NCBI GenBank assembly: GCA_963730935.1
Contig: CAVSTP010000003.1
Coordinates: forward strand, 1 to 64,000
Direction of reading: 5' to 3'
Origin: an uncultured Nitrospiraceae bacterium
GTDB taxonomy: Bacteria; Nitrospirota; Nitrospiria; Nitrospirales; Nitrospiraceae
DNA length: 64,000 bases
Below the pieces are notes generated by a model. That model did no database searches and was not told where the DNA came from. It worked only from the letters and a program-made list of their open reading frames with translations. How positions within the stretch are numbered: position 1 is the stretch's first letter; each line of letters begins with the position of its first letter. Both the position numbers and the translations under genes were made by a program. Positions 22,011-31,328 of this stretch are shown piece after piece.

Positions 22011-22272
22011 ACATGCTAAGGCCAGCGCTCCGTATGAGGACCTACCCGCCTAGCCCCTGAATGGTTTCAAATTTTGACAGCGCAGCTGTTGTTTCCTTCT
22101 GCCTCGTATGCGCGTTCACCTGACTGGCCGACGGCGTGGCAGCTGACACCCCTTCCCAATGGTGGCCTCTGCCCCCTAAAGACCCTCATTTTTGACTTGG
22201 GTAAAAAGCGGGCAGCTTTAGAGAGCGCAGGAAATCATAAACAATCCTATTATCCACTGCGTGACCTGAAGT

Positions 22273-22304
22273 AAGGCTCGACTCCGAGAGGTGCCGAGCC
22301 TTTT
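22273..22304 (+). terminator. rho-independent terminator
   Basis: AAGGCTCG...CGAGCCTT stem followed by T-run. Confidence 0.6.
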
Positions 22305-22493
22305 ATTGCCTCTCAGCCAGTAGTGTCCGAGTACACAGGCGTCATCTCTGTACCCTTGGTGCAGCTACCCTTAAGTATGTTCTTCCCTAAGTGAGGGACC
22401 TGAACCCCCACAAGAGGAATATCTTCCCGGCCCGCAACGCGCTACAGTCATGGAAGCAATATATTGATTCGTCACCGTGAGGGGTGATATTTC

Positions 22494-22673
22494 ATGAAAC
22501 AGGCCGAAGAATTTCAAAGCTTCTCCAATGCCTGTGAACGGATGATCTTCTCAATAATGAAGAATAGACGACTCACCGAGAAGGAAGCTCTGATTGTCGA
22601 GCACTACTGCAAGGAAATCCTGGCCAAGGTTGCACCCTTCTTGCCAAATCGACCGCCACAGACCCCTACCTGA
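22494..22673 (+). CDS. 59-aa member of small 'CE-x-L' paralog family (not in ORF track)
   Basis: MKQAEEFQSFSNACERMIFSIMKNRRLTEKEALIVEHYCKEILAKV...; RBS GAGGGGTG. Confidence 0.7.
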   Translation: MKQAEEFQSFSNACERMIFSIMKNRRLTEKEALIVEHYCKEILAKVAPFLPNRPPQTPT

Positions 22674-23246
22674 CCGGCCCAGTTCTCTGTGCTACAGGCT
22701 GCGGTCATACCGTAGCCTAGCCACATTTCAGTCCCTGATTTGACGGGCTCTCACCACCAATGGTAGCGTCCATTCTCTTATGACTACCGCCGATTCCTGC
22801 CACTGTACAGGCTGCGCAAAGTGTCAACGAGAGGGCAACCACTGTCGGCGCTCAGTCGTATTCGACGTTGACCATCTGTGCGAAGAGTGCCACGAGCAAG
22901 CGGCTCACATGTCCCAAGGTTCCAAGGTCAACATGAGTGGTGAAAGTGGACATTGATGTCTTAAGTGTCGCAAGGGTGGACTCCCATATCCCGTATGGCA
23001 ACCAAGATCGATTATTGGCTACTGATAACAACGACTTACCGAATATATCTCCTTGAATAAAGCCACACAGCATCGGTAACCCTGCCGCCAACGCGCTTCT
23101 TGAATACGTGCAATTGCGGGAGTCCGTGAGAGGTGTTCTCTATTGACCCTACTGCGAAAGAGTAGGGTGCTATCCTCGCCACACTTTTTCATCTTTTTCT
23201 CTATTCACTCTGCGAATCGCCGTCACTTGAGGAAAGGTGGTGCCAC

Positions 23247-23450
23247 ATGCAACCACTCTGCAAAGAAATTCGTACGTTTGCCTCTGCCTGCGAGCATCTC
23301 ATTTCACGTGAGCCTACAACGGTCCTGACCGATGATGAGTACAGTGTCCTGACCTATTACATCGCAGAGCTTCAAGCAATATTGAATGTACGGCGAAACG
23401 CGAGAGAACGCGTTACTGATATCGCTCAACAGCCTGTCAACGTTGCGTAA
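23247..23450 (+). CDS. 67-aa member of small 'CE-x-L' paralog family
   Basis: KEIRTFASACEHLI...LTDDEYSVLTYYIAEL; RBS AAAGGTGG. Confidence 0.72.
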   Translation: MQPLCKEIRTFASACEHLISREPTTVLTDDEYSVLTYYIAELQAILNVRRNARERVTDIAQQPVNVA

Positions 23451-23545
23451 CGGCTGAGCCCATCGTTTTCCCTACACACCACACCTGCCGACGGCCTCCT
23501 GGAAGGCCCGACCGCCGACACCTTTGTGAGAAAGGCGGTTGCCCT

Positions 23546-23710
23546 ATGTCGGACTCTGCTTATCTACCCAAGTCTGTGAAGCACACCTGCATCTACGAGC
23601 TAGAACGGAGAGGCACCATCTTCACAGGAGAGGTGGTTTGAGCTACCTGCGGGGTCTACCTCTCCTCTCAGCAGGATCCGCCACCAGTCACAAGACAAGG
23701 CCGCACGTAA
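23546..23710 (+). pseudogene. small zinc-ribbon-like ORF with in-frame TGA at 23639
   Basis: MSDSAYLPKSVKHTCIYELERRGTIFTGEVV*ATCGVYL...; the stop sits at the first position of a would-be CxxC. Confidence 0.45.
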
Positions 23711-23905
23711 CGAACCCGGCAATGAGAAAAGCTACCATTGTTCCCTCCCCAACATAGAAAGCTCAGAGCGTTTCTCTAGGTGCTTGAGGGACCTTTGCGA
23801 ATCTCCCACCGCTCCGCTTGCTGAATGAGCTGCGACACCACCAGAGCGCCCTCGCAACCGTGGGGGGCGTGGAGACCTCACGTTCCGGATCATCCGCTTG
23901 GGTTC

Positions 23906-24169
23906 TTACTGGAAGGGGGGTTCGTTTGGGAGTGTGCTGCGACTAGGCGGTTCTGCCGCGATTGTGGTACTTCCACCCGCTGACCATGCGGATAAAAGAT
24001 ATTCAAGATTGGAAGCTTCTGCATCGAGTACTTTTAATTGTGCTCGAAGAACGTGCAAGTCCATAGCGTTCAGCTTCATCCTGTCAGAGAGGAGCATACG
24101 TTCACACAAGCCCTTCGCCTCGGCCACGAAGTCGCTGAGCGCCCTTCTTATGTCACTATGGGCTGCCAT
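23906..24169 (-). CDS. small helical protein, paralog of 30959-31189
   Basis: Shared pattern 'DF....K.L' ... 'LR.QL..LD.EASN'. Confidence 0.65.
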   Translation of the reverse strand: MAAHSDIRRALSDFVAEAKGLCERMLLSDRMKLNAMDLHVLRAQLKVLDAEASNLEYLLSAWSAGGSTTIAAEPPSRSTLPNEPPFQ

Positions 24170-24255
24170 TGGGTAGACTCTACATAGGTTTCAAAAAAAA
24201 CCCACTAGGACATGCCCTTAATAAGTGTAGACTTGTTTGTCTTCAAGGCATTCGT

Positions 24256-24474
24256 CTAGCCTATGGCGCCCATCACTCGTTCGTATCCCTGCCGTTCATA
24301 GTTCTCGATGCACCCTCGCTTTAGTAACCTGGCCGAATGATCTGAGGCAGGGTCTTCAAAATAGGGCCCACATGTAACGGTCTTGCCCGTTTCGGGATGA
24401 CTAAGGTAGACCGGCGCACACCCACCGAGGAGAGCGAATCCCATTACGATGACCAAACAAATGGAAATGACCAT
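24256..24474 (-). CDS. small lipoprotein
   Basis: Lipobox 'LGGC', 'HPETGKTVTCGP', 'CIENYERQGYER'. Confidence 0.65.
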   Translation of the reverse strand: MVISICLVIVMGFALLGGCAPVYLSHPETGKTVTCGPYFEDPASDHSARLLKRGCIENYERQGYERVMGAIG

Positions 24475-24664
24475 GAGACATTCTATCACCCACTGTGGTC
24501 TGTCTGCTAGGCGCCGTAGCCGCAAAACGGCTCCCCAGAGCCATTTCCTTTCGCCTTGACGCGGTCCTCTAGTCCCGTCAACCTGTCATTATACTTCCCT
24601 ACACAACTGCCGACGGCCTGCTGGAAGGCCCGACCGCCGACAAATGTGAGAAAGCGGTCGCTCG

Positions 24665-24838
24665 ATGTCGGAGAATCCTATTTTCGCCTACCGACCAGAA
24701 GTTCAGGATTACCTCCGATCTTGTGAGCATCTTTTGGTAGCCGCGACCGAACCGCCGTCACTCACTGTAGAGGAACTGGCGATGATCGGGTATTACGTGG
24801 CTCAACTACAAAAGCTCCTCCCTGTTTCCGAGAAGTAA
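24665..24838 (+). CDS. 57-aa member of small 'CE-x-L' paralog family (not in ORF track)
   Basis: MSENPIFAYRPEVQDYLRSCEHLLVAATEPPSLTVEELAMIGYYVAQLQKLL... Confidence 0.72.
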   Translation: MSENPIFAYRPEVQDYLRSCEHLLVAATEPPSLTVEELAMIGYYVAQLQKLLPVSEK

Positions 24839-24892
24839 AAGCGTCCATTCCCTTCCTGAACCTACCCTGTAACCCGCTCCGAGAGGAGCCGT

Positions 24893-25042
24893 ATGTCCAA
24901 TTTTCACCCAACTGTTCAGGAGTACATTCGTGCTTGCGAAGCCCTTCTAAGCATTGGTGAACTCTCCGACGCAGAGACTTTAGCCGTGGAGCAGATGATG
25001 GATCGGCTCTCCGATGAACTCCTCAACGATGGCAAGCCGTGA
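24893..25042 (+). CDS. 49-aa member of small 'CE-x-L' paralog family (not in ORF track)
   Basis: MSNFHPTVQEYIRACEALLSIGELSDAETLAVEQMMDRL...; RBS GAGGAG. Confidence 0.68.
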   Translation: MSNFHPTVQEYIRACEALLSIGELSDAETLAVEQMMDRLSDELLNDGKP

Positions 25043-25134
25043 CGAAGACGACGACTCCTCACCCGCTCGCATCAGTTGACTAGGCAGCATCCCAGTTACT
25101 CAATTTGGAGAAGAGCGTAGCCTAGGCCAAAGAA

Positions 25135-25374
25135 ATGACCGAGGGCATGATGGCGCGGAGAATGCTGTCAACCGAGAACAATCTTCGTAAGGAAGTGCTT
25201 CGTGTTGTGCGAAAGAAGAAGATGTGCGATCTGGATGAACTCATACAGAAATGCACTTCTTACACATGGACTCAGGTCTTTCTAGAAGTGGATCAACTTA
25301 GTCGCAGCGGCGAACTGTCTCTGGTCTGCAAGAAGGCGGGCGAGTATACCGTGACCCTTCCTCGGGCTGCATAA
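25135..25374 (+). CDS. small winged-helix-like protein, paralog of 30738-30953
   Basis: 'CDLDELIQKCTSYTWTQVFLEVDQLSRSGELSL'. Confidence 0.7.
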   Translation: MTEGMMARRMLSTENNLRKEVLRVVRKKKMCDLDELIQKCTSYTWTQVFLEVDQLSRSGELSLVCKKAGEYTVTLPRAA

Positions 25375-25470
25375 TCCCGTTATCATCTTCTGATTTTTCC
25401 AGGTCCGTGCATTTGCCTTTATCTGACTGGCAATCGCCCACATGGCAGACACCCCCTTCCCAAGGGTGGC

Positions 25471-25723
25471 CCTGGGGGAGGGGTAGTGAACTACCTTCAG
25501 GCGTCCAACATGGCATGGATTGGTGTGGTGTTAATCCGGTGTTAGAAAGCCATACGAAAACAGACGAACGCGGCCCGGTAGGGCAGAACACAGCAGAAAG
25601 GGTGGATCAGCGTTTCGGCAAGGCAGAGAAGGGGATTGCCTGGTTTTCTTTTACCTTGGGCAGTCCCCCTATTACTAATTCGTAAACCGCACGCCGCCCG
25701 TTCAATCCGGATCGCCGGCTCCA
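25471..25723 (+). repeat. end block type A plus tRNA-Thr(CGT) 3' half with 3 mismatches (25679-25723)
   Basis: Direct repeat of 16957-17171, then TTCGTAAACCGCAcGcCGCCCGTTCAATCCGGaTCGCCGGCTCCA. Confidence 0.9.
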
Positions 25724-25741
25724 TCGTAAGTGCTTGAAGAC

Positions 25742-25776
25742 ACGGCCCTTGCTCTAGCGGAGTGAGGGCCGTTTTT
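25742..25776 (+). terminator. terminator directly after the tRNA fragment
   Basis: ACGGCCCT...AGGGCCGT stem plus T-run; followed by TGCTACC-ACT-TGCTACC pair at 25794-25810. Confidence 0.7.
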
Positions 25777-25937
25777 GCTGCCAAACCGACGTTTGCTACC
25801 ACTTGCTACCTCAGCGGCGAAATCCAAGCGATCCAAAGCCCCCGGCGCCTTTTTCTTTAACCATCGTCCGTAGGTGGATACTGTCAGTTTCCTGCGTGTG
25901 GCAAGGATGAGTATCGCCTATTCAAATCGGGCGTAGG

Positions 25938-26150
25938 CTACTTCACTGTGTACCCTTTTCCTTCCATGCAGGCTCCAAACGCGCGTTGGCAACCTTCTAC
26001 GTTCGCTGCGTGCTGTTGCTCAGCTTGCTGTTCAGCTGCCTCCTGCTGCTTTTCCCCTTTGCGCTTCTTGAGCGCCCCGGCTGCCGCACCGACTCCAGCG
26101 CCGATCGCCGCGCCCTTTCCGGCATCTCCGCCAATGGACCAATCAGGAAG
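25938..26150 (-). pseudogene. glycine-zipper outer membrane protein remnant (N-terminus missing)
   Basis: 'IGGDAGKGAAIGAGVGAAAG...RAFGACMEGKGYTVK' without signal peptide. Confidence 0.65.
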
Positions 26151-26334
26151 GCTCCTCCCAAGCGGATGAGATGAGTTCGGCGCGCCAACATAAGCCTTAG
26201 TTCGAAGGCTGACCACTGTCAGAAGTGACAGGGGCTCCGAACAAGGGACGATAGCGTACCGCGGTGGTCAATTCTATACAGATTGGCTCCCGACAGTCCT
26301 TTCATAATCACTCACAAGACTATAGGAGGATCTC

Positions 26335-26730
26335 ATGCGCAAACAGCTGATCACAAAACATCTAATAACCGCGGCATTGATGCTCGGCGGACTGACGATA
26401 CTAGTCGCGGGCTGCTCCTCCGACCACTATTACCGGGTGACCCACCCGACGTCTGGAAATGAATATTACACGACGAAGGTCGAAGACGCCGGAAAAGGCG
26501 GAGCAGTCAAAATCAAGGATGATAAAACTGGAAGCATGGTGACGTTGCAGTCTTCTGACGTTAAGGAAATTTCAGAAAATGAATACCGAGCTGGGCTGAC
26601 GGCGCCTGCCAAGCCAGCTCCTGTGCAGCCAGCAGCGATTCAGCCGGCCACGCCTCAAGCAGCGCCTGTGCAGCCAGCAGCGGTTCAGCCGGAGCCGGCC
26701 GCGGTTCAAGCAGCGCCTGCTCAGCCTTAA
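26335..26730 (+). CDS. lipoprotein with Pro/Ala/Gln-rich repeat tail
   Basis: RBS AGGAGG, lipobox 'VAGC', repeated 'PVQPAA'. Confidence 0.8.
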   Translation: MRKQLITKHLITAALMLGGLTILVAGCSSDHYYRVTHPTSGNEYYTTKVEDAGKGGAVKIKDDKTGSMVTLQSSDVKEISENEYRAGLTAPAKPAPVQPAAIQPATPQAAPVQPAAVQPEPAAVQAAPAQP

Positions 26731-26842
26731 CACGGAGTGTGCTCCCGTTTTAGGATGTGTTCCTAAAATGGGAGTACTTTGTCCGACCCGCAAGAAACTT
26801 CACTTCGAATCGGGGCGTTGAGACCAGCTTTGCACGAAAGGA

Positions 26843-27433
26843 GTGATGGGCATGACCAGAACAATCGGTGACCAGTTGAGCGAAGTGCGTCTCGTAGTCG
26901 CACTTGCAGGGGCGATAGTCTTGTCGAGCGGGTGGCTGTCCGGCCCCGCCTTGGCGGCCTCGGCTAAAGAAATTGATGTCCGTGTGGACGAAGCGCTGGT
27001 GAATTTCGAGAGAGAAGTGAAAGGCGGCAAGAGTTTCCTCGAGAGCAGCAAAGGAGTGCTTGCGTTCCCGAGAGTCTTTAAAGGAGGGGCTGTTTACGGG
27101 GGAGAGTACGGAGAAGGGGCACTCCGGATCGGTGGCAAGACGGTGGATTACTACAGTACTCTCCAAGGTTCATTTGGATTCCAACTTGGGGGAGAGATCA
27201 AGACCGTCTTTGTGGTGTTTCTGGACGAGGGGGCGCTGAAACGGTTCCAGGAAAGCAAAGGGTGGAAAGCGGGGGTGGACGGCTCCGTCTCTCTGATCAC
27301 GTTGGGAACCGGGGGTGCCATCGATACGCAGAACATGAAAGACCCGATCGTCGCATTCGTCTTGAATCAGAAAGGGTTGATGTACAACCTGTCATTCGAA
27401 GGAACAAAATTCACGAAGTTGGATAAACACTAA
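26843..27433 (+). CDS. Ysc84/SYLF lipid-binding domain secreted protein
   Basis: 'KGVLAFPRVFKGG..YGGEYGEGAL', 'SFGFQLG', 'QKGLMYNLSFEGTKF'. Confidence 0.85.
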   Translation: MMGMTRTIGDQLSEVRLVVALAGAIVLSSGWLSGPALAASAKEIDVRVDEALVNFEREVKGGKSFLESSKGVLAFPRVFKGGAVYGGEYGEGALRIGGKTVDYYSTLQGSFGFQLGGEIKTVFVVFLDEGALKRFQESKGWKAGVDGSVSLITLGTGGAIDTQNMKDPIVAFVLNQKGLMYNLSFEGTKFTKLDKH

Positions 27434-27552
27434 GTTACTGTACGGGTTGGAAAACGCCGAGGGCCTCGGCGTAGAGGCCTAGCTCGCCTCTAGTAGCGTA
27501 TTGCCCATCCTTTCCGCCGTGTAGAAATAGTTCATCCTATCGAGGTCATAGC

Positions 27553-28335
27553 GTGAGCCCTATAGCCGCCAGTCTCACCGTATTCGCCTGTGTATTTGGG
27601 GGCGTACTCGTGGGCATGTGGCTACGTCCCACGTTGCCAAAGGACCACCTTGATGCCGAATCGAGAGATACAGTGAAAGTTGGTATCGGACTGATAGCCA
27701 CAATGACCGCGCTGGTTCTCGGCCTCGTCACAGCCGCTGCCAAAAGTTCCTTTGATTCAGGAAGTGCTGCGGTAAAACAAGCGGCCATGAACATCCTGGT
27801 GGTGGACCGTGCGCTCGCCCGTTACGGATCTGAGACCGGCGAGATTCGCGAGGGCATGAAGGACTTGCTCACCGCACGGATCGACGCAATTTGGTCACAT
27901 GGCCTATCGGAACCCAGCAATCAAAGCCCAATGAAAACCGGCTTTGCTTCGGTGGAGGAGGTGGCTGAGGCAATTCGAGCTCTCAAGCCTCACGATGATT
28001 CGCAACGGGCTGCCCAGTCCCGTGCTTCGGACCTGATTGAAACGGTGTTGCAGGCTAGATGGCTCGCGGCCCTCGGCGTCGTCCAATCATCTGTTCCTCT
28101 GCCATTCCTTTCTGTCCTCGTCTTCTGGCTCACGATTACATTCACGAGCTTTGGGGTGTTTGCCCCACGAAATGGCACAGTTCTCGCTGTCCTTTTCGTT
28201 TGCGCCGTTTCGGTTAGTAGCGCCCTATTTTTAGTATTGGAACTGGATGGGCCATTCGACGGTTTAATCAAGGTCTCCCCAGATCCATTGCGCTTCGCTC
28301 AATCCCACATCAATCAACTCCAACTTCATCGTTAG
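27553..28335 (+). CDS. DUF4239-like (bestrophin-like) membrane protein
   Basis: 'HLDAESRDTVKVGIGLIATMTALVLGL', 'LELDGPFDGLIKVS'. Confidence 0.75.
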   Translation: MSPIAASLTVFACVFGGVLVGMWLRPTLPKDHLDAESRDTVKVGIGLIATMTALVLGLVTAAAKSSFDSGSAAVKQAAMNILVVDRALARYGSETGEIREGMKDLLTARIDAIWSHGLSEPSNQSPMKTGFASVEEVAEAIRALKPHDDSQRAAQSRASDLIETVLQARWLAALGVVQSSVPLPFLSVLVFWLTITFTSFGVFAPRNGTVLAVLFVCAVSVSSALFLVLELDGPFDGLIKVSPDPLRFAQSHINQLQLHR

Positions 28336-28342
28336 GTTCTTT

Positions 28343-28530
28343 TGCTACCACGCTGCTACCAGGACAGGACAAACCAGCCCCATCTAGCCCAATGTCAGGA
28401 GCGTCCGTCTTTGTGGTTTCTTGTGGTTTCTTGTGGGTTTAGGTTGTCTGAGGTTGGACTTCTTGAAATTTATAAACCGCAGGTCGCCTCTAGCTCCTGT
28501 GTGCAATGACTGAGCGGTCATTGGACATCA
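28343..28530 (+). repeat. end block type B + truncated tRNA core (28469-28488, loop TTTATAA) + left-end block C
   Basis: TGCTACCACGCTGCTACC, GGACAGGACAAACCAG, three tandem TTGTGGTTTC-like units, then TTTATAAACCGCAGGTCGCC and TCTAGC...GTGCAATGAC as at 17179. Confidence 0.88.
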
Positions 28531-28679
28531 TTATTGGATTCATGCCTGATTTGCTAAACCTACGATAAACGACCCGCGCCTAGCTGTATTGTTCGTGACT
28601 CCTTCAAGTCTCACGCCCCCTCGCGATGTCGTTAATAAGAACTCTTAGTGTGGTAATTCCTTGGGTCAGAGCGGCAGAC

Positions 28680-29093
28680 CTATTTCCTCGCACGCGAGAG
28701 AAATTGCATGGTTGCGGCTGCCTTTTCAATTTCCAGAGATAAATCATCTAGGCTGTGCGTGCCCTTTGTCATCACTCGGAAGGCCCCTGCTTTCTCCATC
28801 GCAGATTTGTGATAGCTATCTTCCGTGACTGATAATCCCAGTACAGCTACGTTTGGATAATGTCTCCGCACCAGCTTGGTCGCCACTAAACCATCCATTT
28901 TCGGCATATTGATATCCATAACGACAACCTGGGGATTAAGCTTTCCAATACAAGCGATCGCCTCTGCACCATTATCGGCTTCACCTACGACATCGATAGT
29001 TTGAACACTTTTCAGCAAGCTACGAATGGCTTCTCGTACCATGCGGTGATCATCTACGAGCAAAACTCGGATTCCATCCGTCTCTATTGCCAT
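28680..29093 (-). CDS. single-domain NarL-type receiver protein
   Basis: 'LLVDDHRMVR', 'MDINMPKMDG'; no HTH. Confidence 0.85.
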   Translation of the reverse strand: MAIETDGIRVLLVDDHRMVREAIRSLLKSVQTIDVVGEADNGAEAIACIGKLNPQVVVMDINMPKMDGLVATKLVRRHYPNVAVLGLSVTEDSYHKSAMEKAGAFRVMTKGTHSLDDLSLEIEKAAATMQFLSRARK

Positions 29094-29290
29094 GAGTGGC
29101 CCCCTTTCGGTACATAAGTATATCTAGCTAGTAACCCTAATTGTAGCCAACTCTAGCGAAGGGATGCTGCCCTATCACCTAGGGATACCCCTAGCGACTT
29201 CACTGAGACTCCCTTGGGGAAGCCTCGGGACAGTTTCTTCCTGTGATAGCATTATTGGTCGTCCTTACACGTTGAAAACGGAGGAATACG

Positions 29291-29515
29291 ATGAACCTCA
29301 TACATAAAACTGTCGCCTATACAGCGCCAGCACTCTTTTTCATCGTTCTTCACTCTCCCGCCGAAGCAGCCAAGGGGCAGCACTATCCGGGAGAAAATTG
29401 CGTGTGTAAGGGATGTGACAATGGTAAAGACCTCTATGGCAAATGCGAAGTAGTTTGTTTTGACAAGGAGGTGTTTGCGAAGGGAAGCGAGTCACATGAC
29501 TACTGTAAAAAATAA
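29291..29515 (+). CDS. small Cys-rich secreted protein
   Basis: RBS GGAGG, signal peptide 'AEA', 6 Cys. Confidence 0.65.
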   Translation: MNLIHKTVAYTAPALFFIVLHSPAEAAKGQHYPGENCVCKGCDNGKDLYGKCEVVCFDKEVFAKGSESHDYCKK

Positions 29516-29598
29516 GAACGTGGGGCAGAAGGGCCGATATCAGATGAGAATCAGTATAGAAGCCCTTGGGCTGCAGGAACCGGCTGTCTCGACACGAT

Positions 29599-29862
29599 CT
29601 AGTCCCACCATTGCTCGCAACCACCTGTGCTAACTATATCGGTGGTGAAGTCAATCAGAGCACTAAGCCCTAGCTCAAATCGCAATCTATTTCCATCTGC
29701 AAATGCCCCATCCAGAACCGTCAGACAATCCTGAAAAATGGGCTGCTTTTCCACCAGGGCAGGAACACTCTCTATTCTCGTCATTGCCAAGCCCCATTCC
29801 CGTTCCCAGTCATCGGCAGTCCATCTGGATCGCTTTCTGACGACTATGCGCCTTTTTCTCAT
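29599..29862 (-). CDS. hypothetical protein
   Basis: 87-aa ORF, RBS GGAGGAGG. Confidence 0.55.
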   Translation of the reverse strand: MRKRRIVVRKRSRWTADDWEREWGLAMTRIESVPALVEKQPIFQDCLTVLDGAFADGNRLRFELGLSALIDFTTDIVSTGGCEQWWD

Positions 29863-30119
29863 TATGCCCCTCCTCCTCGATGGGGGACGGCATGGCGTAT
29901 TCTAGGTCCAGACGACTCGTTCTTGATTGAGGAGGTACTCAATCACCTCCATGCTGTCGCGCATTTGAGTTCGAGCGCCCTCGGACATAGGAATGACACA
30001 ACCATAAATTCTGCCAGGCTCCATATCGTCAAGTGGAGGTCCTCGGCGTTCACCCTCTTCTTTATGACTTGCCACGTCTTCATCTCCCTAGTTAAACCGT
30101 GTATTCCGAAGCATATGAC

Positions 30120-30513
30120 CGGAATGCTGCTTAGTCACGTCATATCCATGTTTTTGACAATGCTTTTTTTGTGCTTTTCTGATTTTCGCGGCAGCCATCT
30201 ATCTACCTTTACCTGACCGGCCTGCCGACAGACCTCAGTTCCAAAGGATGGCCCCCTCTTCCAAAGTACCTCCTCCTGGTCTGTCCTGATCGCACTGCCT
30301 CTTCTACACTTGGACAGCATCCAGTCAGCACACTGTCTCAGCTGTTGCGCTAACTAGGAGGCGTGTTATGGGAGCATTCAAGGGTGTAGATGGCGCAGAG
30401 CAGGAATATCGCCGCCAACTGCTTATAGAGGCACGTAAAGGTAAGGCTGCGGCGAAAGAAGAGTTAGAGCGAGAGTATCACGTACGGACGTATTCGGCCG
30501 CCGAACGGGCGAA
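30120..30513 (+). repeat. ~390-bp inverted duplicate of 19855-20246
   Basis: See partner copy. Confidence 0.93.
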
Positions 30514-30568
30514 ACGCCAATCAGCACGTCTTGTAAGTGCGGCCAGTGCTCATCTCTGGAGCGGTTGA
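30368..30568 (+). CDS. small hypothetical protein, paralog of 19812-20000 with a different C-terminus
   Basis: RBS AGGAGG; nearly identical up to 'AERAK'. Confidence 0.7.
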   Translation: MGAFKGVDGAEQEYRRQLLIEARKGKAAAKEELEREYHVRTYSAAERAKRQSARLVSAASAHLWSG

Positions 30569-30737
30569 TGGTTTGTTTCAGGGTTCCTCGTCGTGGCCTC
30601 CTTCAGATTTCGTCGTCAAAGACTACCTGATTCTACCTGATCACTTTTGAACAGTTATGGCCGTTCTCTACGCCTATGCTCTGCACGGTGAGGCGCGTTT
30701 TTCTGTGCCGTTGAGAGGCATCTGAAAGGCATCTGCC

Positions 30738-30953
30738 ATGAAACCCGAGCACACCCTTATCGATTGCATCCTCGACATCATAGTTCACCAACCGGGCTGT
30801 CGGATCCAGGACGTGGCCGACTTCCTGCCGGATCTGACATTGAATGAGATCCTTGACTCATTGCGTTACCTCAGCCGAAAGGGGCAGTTGGAGTTGATAG
30901 TAGACCGCCAGGGTAGATTCGCTGTTACCCCAACGTCGCGAGTGTTCAATTAG
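30738..30953 (+). CDS. small winged-helix-like protein
   Basis: 'CRIQDVADFLPDLTLNEILDSLRYLSRKGQLEL' parallels the 25135 ORF. Confidence 0.68.
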   Translation: MKPEHTLIDCILDIIVHQPGCRIQDVADFLPDLTLNEILDSLRYLSRKGQLELIVDRQGRFAVTPTSRVFN

Positions 30954-30958
30954 ACCTC

Positions 30959-31189
30959 ATGGTCAAAAAACTGCATTCGCAACCTTCGCAACTTCCTATC
31001 TCCAAAACTCCTACCCAGGGGGGAACTAGCCGTATCGCGAAGGATTTTATGAATCAGGGAAAAAAATTATTGAGATGCCTTCGCACAACTGAGGCGAACA
31101 CGCTGACAAAGGAGGAAATACGCATGCTGCGGCGGCAGCTCCATCTCTTAGACATCGAAGCCTCTAACAGAGCATGGGAACCTGAGTGA
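30959..31189 (+). CDS. small helical protein, paralog of 23906-24169
   Basis: 'KDFMNQGKKLL...LTKEEIRMLRRQLHLLDIEASN'. Confidence 0.65.
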   Translation: MVKKLHSQPSQLPISKTPTQGGTSRIAKDFMNQGKKLLRCLRTTEANTLTKEEIRMLRRQLHLLDIEASNRAWEPE

Positions 31190-31328
31190 ATCAGAACGGA
31201 AGCGTTTTCAGTCGAATGCCCGCTTGACTCAGTCTTCTAGAGCGCCTAAGGTAATGTCACTACGCTTTGTCCTGCGGCCTCCCTGGGAAGGCCCGACCGC
31301 CAGACACCTACGAAAGGCGGTCGTCCTC

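Noticed and set aside
20767..25472. Cobalamin riboswitch (reverse strand reads GCCAC...GGGAAG)
   Set aside because: Lacks the rest of the B12-box and upstream core, and no B12-related gene follows; kept only as an unknown repeat.
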